DNA of 64,000 nucleotides from an uncultured Spirochaetaceae bacterium (GTDB lineage Bacteria; Spirochaetota; Spirochaetia; DSM-27196; PWMO01): NCBI GenBank assembly GCA_964635245.1, contig CAZWNS010000001.1, positions 9,248 to 73,247 of the forward strand, read 5' to 3'. Shown piece by piece: positions 55,420 to 62,512 of this stretch (position 1 is its first letter; each line of letters starts with the position of its first letter). The notes under the pieces were generated by a model. It saw only the letters and a program-made list of their open reading frames with translations, ran no database searches and was not told where the DNA came from. The position numbers and the translations under genes were made by a program.

Positions 55420-55968
55420 ATGAGCGAGACGGTAATGAGAATGTTTGCCGTGTACGTCGAGGACAAACCCGGCGTGCTGAACAGGGTCGCGTCGTTGTTT
55501 CGGCGACGGGGCTTCAATATTGATTCACTCACCGTGGGGCACACGCACCAGGACGGCATCTCGCGGATGACCATCTGCATCGAGGCGGACCATCTGACGG
55601 CCACGCGCATCGAGGCCAACCTCTACAAGCTGGTCAATGTCATTCGCGTCGAGGATGTGACGCCGCATCCCTCCGTTGCGCGCGACCTGGCGCTGGTCAA
55701 GGTGGCCACGAGCCTCGGTACTCGCTCGGAGCTCCTGCAGATTGTGGAGATCTATCGGGCGCAGGTTGTGGATTTCAACCCCGAATCCATCATCGTGGAG
55801 ATAACCGGAGATGAGGGCAAGCTCGACAGTTTCATAGGCGCGGTCCGTCCCTATGGCATCATAGAGCTGGTGCGAACCGGCATCGTCGCCATGTCCCGCG
55901 GACCGAACGCGCCGCCGGTGAGCCCCGAGTTCGTCAGCGCACGGGTTCCCGAAGAGCAGCAGGCATAG
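55420..55968 (+). CDS. ilvN: acetolactate synthase small (regulatory) subunit
   Basis: ACT domain: VEDKPGVLNRVASLFRRRGFNIDSLTVG. Followed by the ALS_ss_C-type region. Confidence 0.9.
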   Translation: MSETVMRMFAVYVEDKPGVLNRVASLFRRRGFNIDSLTVGHTHQDGISRMTICIEADHLTATRIEANLYKLVNVIRVEDVTPHPSVARDLALVKVATSLGTRSELLQIVEIYRAQVVDFNPESIIVEITGDEGKLDSFIGAVRPYGIIELVRTGIVAMSRGPNAPPVSPEFVSARVPEEQQA

Positions 55969-55969
55969 A

Positions 55970-56041
55970 ATGGGCGCCGCTAGCGGCGCCGTGCGCGGCG
56001 CGATGAACGCGACAACACACGGGAGCATTATCATTCCATAG
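55970..56041 (+). promoter_or_regulatory. candidate leader-peptide ORF MGAASGAVRGAMNATTHGSIIIP* (three consecutive Ile codons)
   Basis: ATG 55970 lies 1 nt after the ilvN stop. The last codons are ATT ATC ATT CCA TAG, at 56027-56041. It is immediately followed by hairpins and a terminator. Confidence 0.4.
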
Positions 56042-56077
56042 GGATGCCGCCGCCGAGGCGCGGTGAGCATCCCAGGG

Positions 56078-56116
56078 CCGGGTTTGCAGAGTGTTCACTC
56101 TCGACCCGGTTTTTTT
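56078..56116 (+). terminator. intrinsic terminator/attenuator upstream of cimA
   Basis: CCGGGT-TTGC-AGAGTG-TT-CACTCT-CG-ACCCGG followed by TTTTTTT (56110-56116). Confidence 0.6.
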
Positions 56117-56169
56117 GTGCCCGGGCGGATAGTCCGGGGACGGGAACAGGCGATATCACGGAGGAGACA

Positions 56170-57849
56170 ATGGGAGACGCGAGACGACGAGTTGAAATCT
56201 ATGATACGACACTTCGCGACGGAACGCAGCGGGAGGGGCTTTCGCTGTCTCTCGACGATAAGCTGCGGATTGCGCGGCGCCTCGACGAGCTCGGGGTTGC
56301 GTTCATCGAGGGCGGCTGGCCGGGAAGCAATCCGAAGGACGCCGGGTTCTTCGAGCGGGCGCGCGAGATGAACTGGAGTACCGCAGCGGTGGCGGCCTTC
56401 GGGTCGACCGCCCGGGTGGGGAAACGACCCGAGGAGGATGCGAACATCCACGCGCTCCTCGATGCGCAGACACCGGTGTGCACCGTCGTCGGCAAGAGCT
56501 GGACGCTGCACGTAAGCGATGTGCTTCGCACCGACGAGGCTGAGAACCTGCGCCTGATCGAGGAGAGTGTGGCCTATCTCCTCTCACGGGGGCGGCGCGT
56601 GGTCTACGACGCCGAACACTTCTTCGACGGCTTTGCAGCCGATCCGCATTACGCCCTGGAGACCCTTGCGGCGGCGGCGCGCGCGGGGGCGGAGGTCCTC
56701 GTTCTCTGTGACACCAACGGCGGCCGATTGCCCTGGGATATCGAAGAGGCGTTCCGCACGGTGCGCGCGCGGCTTCCCGAAACCCCGCTCGGGATGCACG
56801 CGCACAACGACGGCGAGCTCGGAACGGCAAACTCGCTTGCCGCCGTGCGTCAGGGTGCGGTGCACGTGCAGGGTACCATGAACGGCTACGGCGAGCGCTG
56901 CGGGAACGCGAATCTGTGCTCCATCATGCCGGACCTCGAGCTGAAGATGGGCGTGATGTGTCTGCCCGACGGGAACCTCTCGGAGTTGTTCGACACCGCG
57001 CACTTCGTTGCCGAGGTAGCGAACCTGCCGCCGGACGACCATGCAGCCTACGTCGGCCGCAGTGCGTTTGCGCACAAGGGCGGGATACACGTGGCTGCGA
57101 TGCGCCGCAACCCCGTTTCCTATCAGCACATATCCCCGGAGCTCGTCGGAAACGAGATGCGGATCGTGGTGAGTGAGCTCTCCGGACGGGGAAACCTCCT
57201 GAGCAAGGCGGAGGAGCTCGGCCTGGACGCCGGCGGTGACGTTGCCGACGTGCTCGCGCGCATCAAGGAGCTCGAGGCTCGCGGGTTCTCCTTCGAGGCT
57301 GCCGAGGCGTCGGTGGCCATGATGCTTCACCGCCGGGAGGAGGGCTACACGGCCCCCTTCGAGCTCATCGACTACACCGCCGTCGTGGAGCACCGTCACG
57401 GCCGCGGCATGGTCACGGAGGCCACGATCAAGGTGAGGGTGGGGGATGATGTCTACCACACCGCGAGCGAAGGAAACGGTCCGGTCGACGCGCTCTACCG
57501 GGCGCTCAGCAAGGCCCTCTCGCCGGTCATCGACGGTTTCGACGACGTGAAGCTCGCCGACTACAAGGTGCGCATTCTCGACGGGGTGAACGGGACCGCG
57601 GCGACCACCCGCGTGCTTGTCGACATGACCCTGGACGGTGAACGCTGGAGCACCGTCGGAGCCTCGGGAAACATCATCGAAGCCTCCTGGCAGGCGGTCT
57701 CCGACGGAATCGAGTACGGACTTCTCGTCTACAACCGCGGCGCGGCGACCGCACGCGTGCATGCGGAGGAGGCGCTGAGGCGGGCGACGCCCTCATCGCC
57801 GGCTGTAGACGGTCAGCTCTCCGGCTCGAGCCGCCTGAGAATGTCGTAG
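56170..57849 (+). CDS. cimA: (R)-citramalate synthase (CimA, GSU1798/TIGR00977 type, LeuA family)
   Basis: VEIYDTTLRDGTQREGLSLSLDDKLRIARRLDELGVAFIEGGWPGSNPKD, YDAEHFFDGF, LCDTNGG, GTMNGYGERCGNANLC, AFAHKGGIHV. Start is ATG 56170 after GGAGGAGACA; the track ORF starts 42 codons too early. Confidence 0.85.
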   Translation: MGDARRRVEIYDTTLRDGTQREGLSLSLDDKLRIARRLDELGVAFIEGGWPGSNPKDAGFFERAREMNWSTAAVAAFGSTARVGKRPEEDANIHALLDAQTPVCTVVGKSWTLHVSDVLRTDEAENLRLIEESVAYLLSRGRRVVYDAEHFFDGFAADPHYALETLAAAARAGAEVLVLCDTNGGRLPWDIEEAFRTVRARLPETPLGMHAHNDGELGTANSLAAVRQGAVHVQGTMNGYGERCGNANLCSIMPDLELKMGVMCLPDGNLSELFDTAHFVAEVANLPPDDHAAYVGRSAFAHKGGIHVAAMRRNPVSYQHISPELVGNEMRIVVSELSGRGNLLSKAEELGLDAGGDVADVLARIKELEARGFSFEAAEASVAMMLHRREEGYTAPFELIDYTAVVEHRHGRGMVTEATIKVRVGDDVYHTASEGNGPVDALYRALSKALSPVIDGFDDVKLADYKVRILDGVNGTAATTRVLVDMTLDGERWSTVGASGNIIEASWQAVSDGIEYGLLVYNRGAATARVHAEEALRRATPSSPAVDGQLSGSSRLRMS

Positions 57850-59189
57850 TACTCGAGGACCCGATTCACATAGCGCACGGGCTCGCGGCCGCGGGCGTAG
57901 CCGTGCGGGAGGTCGTGGTAGTACCGGGGATCCGAGAGCAGAGGGAGGATCGCCTCCAGCGAGGCCCAGCTTCCCGGCTCGAGCCCCCGGCGCTCGGCGA
58001 GCTCCTGGGCGTCGCGCACGTGTCCATAGCCGACGTTGTAGGACGCCATCGCGAACAGCAGCCGATCCCATTCGTCCTCGACGTCGTCGAAACGCTCGTA
58101 GAGCCGGTGCAGGTACGCCACACCGCCGCGGATGCTCTGTTCGGCGTCCAGACGATTCTCTACGCCGAGCTCGCCGGCGGTTGCCAGCGTGATCTGCATG
58201 AGCCCGCGCACGCCGGTGTAGCTCGTTGCAAGCGGGTGATAGTGAGACTCCTGATAGGCCATCGCAGCAATCAACCGCCAGTCGAAGCCGTAGCGGGCGG
58301 CTTCCCGCCTGAACAGCTCCTCGTAGCGGGGGAGGCGGGTTTCGAGCCGCCGGTGGAAGACCTTTATGTCTACATAGTCGAACACCTCCGTCCCCCCGTA
58401 GTACCGATCGTACATGCGGTCGAAGGTGCCGTCGTTGTTGATCCGTTCGAAGAAGCGGTTTATCTCCGCGCGCAGTTGCCTGTCGCCCTGCCGCACGGCC
58501 CATCCGAGCGGCTGCGGTCCGGAGAGCGCCAATGCGATTCGCACATCGGGGTAGTATCGCCGGTTGAGTCGCGCGACGTGCGTGTCGGCGACCGTTGCCT
58601 CGATCTCCTCCGCAGCGACGGCGCGGATCAGTTCCTCGGTCGGAAGGTCGGTGTGGACCACCAGCTCGGCCTGGAGCCCACCCGCGATGAGCTCCCGCAT
58701 GCGTTCCTCGTAGGAAGTGCCGGCTCGCACATGTATGGTCATGCCGTTGGCGTCGGGGAGCTCCCGTATCTCGCGGCGGGACGCGTGAACAACCAGCTGC
58801 TGCCTGACAATGAGATAGGGTTCGGAGAACGCAACGTCACGACGGCGCGACTCGGTGTTCGTCATGGATGAGGCGATGAAGTCCCCCTCGCCGTCGAGGA
58901 GGTCCGGAATCAGCTGTGACCACGGGCGCGTCTTCACCTCCAGCTCGACACCGAGTGACTCGGCAAACGCCGCGGCGAGCTCATACTCGAACCCCGCCGG
59001 CTCGCCCCCGACCTGATAGTAGGCGTGCTGGGTATTCTGCGTGAGGACGGTAATGGAGCCTTCATCGCGTATGACCTGCAGTGAAGACGGTGTACGGGAT
59101 ATGAGCAGGAAGACGGCCGAGGCGATGATCAGAAGGGCGGCCGTCGCCACCGCGAGTGCCCGCCGAAGCCGCCGATGATCAACGTACAT
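57813..59189 (-). CDS. mltF: membrane-bound lytic murein transglycosylase F-like (SBP_bac_3 domain plus SLT domain)
   Basis: TM anchor, a periplasmic solute-binding-type domain, then the SLT motif AMAYQESHYHPLATSYTGVRGLMQIT. Start is ATG 59189, because the longer track ORF would run through the tRNA gene. Confidence 0.8.
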   Translation of the reverse strand: MYVDHRRLRRALAVATAALLIIASAVFLLISRTPSSLQVIRDEGSITVLTQNTQHAYYQVGGEPAGFEYELAAAFAESLGVELEVKTRPWSQLIPDLLDGEGDFIASSMTNTESRRRDVAFSEPYLIVRQQLVVHASRREIRELPDANGMTIHVRAGTSYEERMRELIAGGLQAELVVHTDLPTEELIRAVAAEEIEATVADTHVARLNRRYYPDVRIALALSGPQPLGWAVRQGDRQLRAEINRFFERINNDGTFDRMYDRYYGGTEVFDYVDIKVFHRRLETRLPRYEELFRREAARYGFDWRLIAAMAYQESHYHPLATSYTGVRGLMQITLATAGELGVENRLDAEQSIRGGVAYLHRLYERFDDVEDEWDRLLFAMASYNVGYGHVRDAQELAERRGLEPGSWASLEAILPLLSDPRYYHDLPHGYARGREPVRYVNRVLEYYDILRRLEPES

Positions 59190-59219
59190 GACCCTATCAT
59201 GCCGGATATCGGCAACGAA

Positions 59220-59291
59220 AGCCAGAACTCGGATTCGAACCGAGGACCTGCTCATTACGAGTGAGCTGCTCTGCCACTGAGCTATTCTGGC
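59220..59291 (-). tRNA. tRNA-Thr (anticodon CGT)
   Basis: A 72-nt cloverleaf folded by hand: GCCAGAA TA GCTC AGTGGCA GAGC A GCTCA CTCGTAA TGAGC AGGTC CTCGG TTCGAAT CCGAG TTCTGGC T. Confidence 0.9.
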
Positions 59292-59305
59292 GTGTATGCG
59301 CGCGT

Positions 59306-59335
59306 ACTATAGCAAGGCTCCATCGAAAAGTACAA
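59306..59335 (-). promoter_or_regulatory. sigma-70-type promoter candidate, TTGTAC-18-TATAGT, 14 nt upstream of the tRNA 5' end
   Basis: The minus strand reads TTGTAC TTTTCGATGGAGCCTTGC TATAGT ACGCGCGCATACAC followed by the tRNA. Confidence 0.4.
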
Positions 59336-59351
59336 TCCCTGCAGCGGCATA

Positions 59352-59378
59352 TCAAGATCACCCGCCGACCTCCGATAA
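59352..59378 (+). promoter_or_regulatory. sigma-28 (FliA)-like promoter candidate, TCAA-N15-TCCGATAA, upstream of flgF
   Basis: TCAA at 59352-59355 and TCCGATAA at 59371-59378, against the consensus TAAA-N15-GCCGATAA. It can also be read as a sigma-70 GATAAT -10 element. Confidence 0.3.
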
Positions 59379-59427
59379 TCACTATAGACGGCGGCCCGTG
59401 TATTCCGGCCGCTGCGGAGGATCTGCA

Positions 59428-60294
59428 GTGATTCGAGGACTGTACACAGGCGCGAGCGGGATGGTGGCCCAGCAGCACAGGCTGGACCAGATCTCCAACA
59501 ACCTGGCAAACGTCGACACCGAGGGCTACAAGCGAGACATTTCTCTGCACAAGGCGTTTCCCGAGCTGCTCATGCGGCGCTTGAACGACGACGGGGTGAT
59601 GCGGGTGCCGCACCGCGGGCAGTCGCTGGGATCGGTGGACAACGCCCCGGTGGTCGGAAAGCTCGGCACCGGTGTTGAGCAGAACGAAGCCTATACCATC
59701 TTCGAGCAGGGCTCGCTCTCCGAGACGCAGAACCCCTTCGACGTAGCCCTGCAGGGCGAGGGGTTTCTCGCCGTTGAAACGCCCGAAGGCGAGCGCTACA
59801 CGCGAAACGGCAGCTTTCTGCTCGGGCCCGAGAGTCTCCTCGTTACGAAGGACGGATATCCCGTGCTCTCGGAGGACGGCGAGCCCATTCAGATCAGAAA
59901 GAACAACTTCATCATCGATAAAGACGGTACGATCTATGAAAGTGATTCGTTTCCCGACGATCCGCGGCGGCTCATCTCGATGTTCGAGAACGAGTGGGAA
60001 GACGTGGAGGAGGTGGGGCGTCTGAAGCTCGTTGACGTGCGAGAGCCGCGCTACCTGCGCAAACAGGGCGGCAGCATGTGGAACACGACGTGGGAGTCCG
60101 GGGAGGCCGAGATCGTCAACGGTGACGATCGCCCGGTGGTGCAACAGGGCTTTCTCGAGAAGGCGAACGTCAATCCGGTCACCGAGATGGTCCGCATGAT
60201 CGAGGTGAACCGTGCCTACGAGGCAAACCAGCGGGCAGTGCAGGCACAGGATGAGAATACCGGCCGGCTGTTGAGCCAGGTACTGCGGCTGTAA
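59428..60294 (+). CDS. flgF: flagellar basal-body rod protein (FlgF/FlhO-like)
   Basis: VIRGLYTGASGMVAQQHRLDQISNNLANVDTEGYKRD, with C-terminal VTEMVRMIEVNRAYEANQRAVQAQDE. GTG start 7 nt after GGAGG. Confidence 0.85.
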   Translation: MIRGLYTGASGMVAQQHRLDQISNNLANVDTEGYKRDISLHKAFPELLMRRLNDDGVMRVPHRGQSLGSVDNAPVVGKLGTGVEQNEAYTIFEQGSLSETQNPFDVALQGEGFLAVETPEGERYTRNGSFLLGPESLLVTKDGYPVLSEDGEPIQIRKNNFIIDKDGTIYESDSFPDDPRRLISMFENEWEDVEEVGRLKLVDVREPRYLRKQGGSMWNTTWESGEAEIVNGDDRPVVQQGFLEKANVNPVTEMVRMIEVNRAYEANQRAVQAQDENTGRLLSQVLRL

Positions 60295-60329
60295 GTCGCG
60301 CGATATGACTCGAGCGAGGTAGAACCGAC

Positions 60330-61124
60330 ATGATGCGCTCCCTGTGGACTGCCGCATCCGGCATGACCGGCCAGCAGTTCAACATCGATACCATCTCGAA
60401 CAACCTGTCCAACGTGAACACGACCGGATTCAAGAAGAACCGCCCCGACTTCGAGGACCTCCTCTATGAGACGATTCGAACCGCCGGGACCCCGGCCACC
60501 GAGCAGACGCTCACGCCGGTCGGCGTGCAGGTGGGCCACGGTGTGAAGTCGGGCGCCTCCCAGAAGATCTTTACGCAGGGATCGCTGCAGAACACGCAGA
60601 ACATTTCCGACCTCGCCATCGAGGGCGAGGGGTTCTTCCGCGTGCTTATGTACGACGGGTCCTTCGCCTATACCCGCGACGGCGCGTTCAAGATCGATTC
60701 CAACGGGCAACTCGTTACCTCTCAGGGGTACCGCGTGATGCCGGAGGTGATCCTCCCGGATAATTTCATCCGGGATTCGCTCACGATCTCCAAGGACGGC
60801 CGGATCACGGTGAAGGTACCCGGAAGCGACGACCCCGTCGAGGTCGGTCAGATGCAGCTCTACCGTTTCGTGAACCCGGCGGGGCTGAGCGCGGTCGGGG
60901 AAAACCTCTTCAAGGTAACCGCGGCCTCAGGCGATCCGGTCTCCGGCACGCCCGGGCTCGAGGGCATGGGGCGAACCCTGCACAAGTTCCTCGAGACGTC
61001 GAACGTCGAAATCGTGAACGAAATGGTGAACATGATCGTCGCCCAGCGGGCGTACGAGCTCAACTCAAAGGCCATCCAGACAACCGACACGATGCTCGGC
61101 ATCGCGAACAACCTCAGACGATAG
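60330..61124 (+). CDS. flgG: flagellar basal-body rod protein FlgG
   Basis: MMRSLWTAASGMTGQQFNIDTISNNLSNVNTTGFKK, LETSNVEIVNEMVNMIVAQRAYELNSKAIQTTD. Confidence 0.9.
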   Translation: MMRSLWTAASGMTGQQFNIDTISNNLSNVNTTGFKKNRPDFEDLLYETIRTAGTPATEQTLTPVGVQVGHGVKSGASQKIFTQGSLQNTQNISDLAIEGEGFFRVLMYDGSFAYTRDGAFKIDSNGQLVTSQGYRVMPEVILPDNFIRDSLTISKDGRITVKVPGSDDPVEVGQMQLYRFVNPAGLSAVGENLFKVTAASGDPVSGTPGLEGMGRTLHKFLETSNVEIVNEMVNMIVAQRAYELNSKAIQTTDTMLGIANNLRR

Positions 61125-61135
61125 GAGGATGAACG

Positions 61136-61441
61136 ATGATAGATCCCGTAGGCGCGAACCTCGCCCGTTTTCAGGCCGCCCGCACGGCCGCCCCGGACGC
61201 GCGCGGCGCGGAAACCGATGCTGCGCGGATGAAAGAGGTTTCCGAGGAGTTCGAATCCCTGTTTGTGAAACAGATGCTTTCAGCGATGCGTGATACACTC
61301 AACGAGGAGAACCGCATGCTCCACGGAGGCACCGGTGAAGAGTACTTCCAGGACATGCTCGACACCGAATACGCGAAACTCATGTCGAAACGCGCGGATT
61401 TCGGTATCGCCGAAATGGTTCGAAAGAGCTTTGAGTCATAG
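61136..61441 (+). CDS. flgJ: rod-binding protein (single-domain FlgJ, no muramidase domain)
   Basis: Rod_binding motif: EEFESLFVKQMLSAMRDTL...YFQDMLDTEYAKLMSKRADFGIAEMV. Only 101 aa. Confidence 0.8.
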   Translation: MIDPVGANLARFQAARTAAPDARGAETDAARMKEVSEEFESLFVKQMLSAMRDTLNEENRMLHGGTGEEYFQDMLDTEYAKLMSKRADFGIAEMVRKSFES

Positions 61442-61467
61442 GGCGTAACCTTTCGTGATAGCCTGTG

Positions 61468-61505
61468 GAGCCCGGGTGTATACGAATTTATACAATCCCG
61501 GGCTC
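61468..61505 (+). terminator. long interrupted palindrome/hairpin after the rod operon (terminator and/or protein-binding site)
   Basis: GAGCCCGGG TGTATA CGAATT TATACA AT CCCGGGCTC followed by TTCGTGTATT. Confidence 0.45.
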
Positions 61506-61587
61506 TTCGTGTATTCCCCTTCGGGAAGTATTCCTTTAAATCTCTGCATTATAAAGCCTTGTAGTTGGATTCGTCGATCCGCCGATG

Positions 61588-61604
61588 TTGGCACGATGAT
61601 TGCT
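61588..61604 (+). promoter_or_regulatory. sigma-54 (RpoN) -24/-12 promoter
   Basis: TTGGCACGATGATTGCT matches YTGGCACG-N4-TTGCW exactly. GG at 61590-61591 and GC at 61602-61603. It lies 24 nt upstream of the sigma-factor ATG, in an AT-rich intergenic region. Confidence 0.6.
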
Positions 61605-61626
61605 TCTTTTATCCGGAGGGCCATGT

Positions 61627-62472
61627 ATGAAGAAGACTGCAGGCAACCCCGGCTACCGCGACGATACGCTGAAGGCATACTTCGATCAGATAAAGAAGAC
61701 CCCCCTGCTCACACCCGAGGAGGAGCATGAGCTGAGCCGCCGCATCCAGGATGGTGACGATGCGGCGAAAGCCAGGCTCATCGAGTCCAACCTCCGCCTG
61801 GTTGTAAAGATTGCAAAAAGCTATGTCACCTCCGACGTGTCCTTCCTCGACCTCGTCCAGGAAGGAAATCTCGGGCTCATCAAGGCTGCGTCCAAGTTCG
61901 ATTACCGGCGGAATGTCCGCTTCAGCACCTACGCGTCATGGTGGATCAAGCAGTCGATCACGCGGGCGCTCAGTAACAAGCGTCGCCAGATCCGCCTGCC
62001 GCACCGCAAGGAAGATGCGCTTCGCCGTATTCAGCGCACGTTTACGGTGCTCAGCCAGCGTCTCATGCGCACGCCTACCGTGGAAGAGGTGGGCGCGGAA
62101 GTCGGCCTCAAGCCCGAAGAGGTAACCGAGATTCTCAATATTTCGACGGCGGTCGTCTCGCTCGACTCGGATCTCAACGAGGATTCGGGCACCTTTCACG
62201 ACATTTTCGAGGACTATTCCTACGCGCCCGATACCGAGCTGATGAAGCGCTGCATGCGTGAGGAGACGCTGCGGTTCCTCGAATGCCTCAAGGATCGCGA
62301 GCGACAGATCCTGCTGTACCGCTTCGCGTTCTACGGAGGCAAGAAGTACACCCTGAAGCGCATTTCAGACGAAATGGGCATATCGCCGGAAACGGTCCGG
62401 CAGATCGAGATACGTGCCCTCAGAAAGCTCAAGGAACAGGCCGGCGAGCTCCGAGAATATGTATACGGTTGA
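61627..62472 (+). CDS. sigma-70-family sigma factor lacking region 1.1 (group 2, RpoS-like)
   Basis: YFDQIKKTPLLTPEEEHELSRRI, NLRLVVKIAKSY, DLVQEGNLGLIKAASKFDYRRNVRFSTYASWWIKQSITRAL, RERQILLYRF...ISPETVRQIEIRALRKLK. Start is ATG 61627, 7 nt after GGAGG. Confidence 0.85.
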   Translation: MKKTAGNPGYRDDTLKAYFDQIKKTPLLTPEEEHELSRRIQDGDDAAKARLIESNLRLVVKIAKSYVTSDVSFLDLVQEGNLGLIKAASKFDYRRNVRFSTYASWWIKQSITRALSNKRRQIRLPHRKEDALRRIQRTFTVLSQRLMRTPTVEEVGAEVGLKPEEVTEILNISTAVVSLDSDLNEDSGTFHDIFEDYSYAPDTELMKRCMREETLRFLECLKDRERQILLYRFAFYGGKKYTLKRISDEMGISPETVRQIEIRALRKLKEQAGELREYVYG

Positions 62473-62512
62473 CCACGGAGGCGAATCCACGTAGTTTCAG
62501 CCGCAAGACGGA

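Noticed and set aside
56044-56169. The upstream extension of the cimA ORF (MPPPRRGEHPRAGF...).
   Set aside because: It runs across the terminator hairpin and U-tract. CimA homology (VEIYDTTLRDGTQ) begins right after ATG 56170, which has a GGAGGAGACA RBS.
59190-59255. A longer MltF start (MSRSSVRIRVLAFVADIRHDRV...).
   Set aside because: It would be translated through the tRNA-Thr gene (59220-59291). ATG 59189 sits just before the TM anchor.
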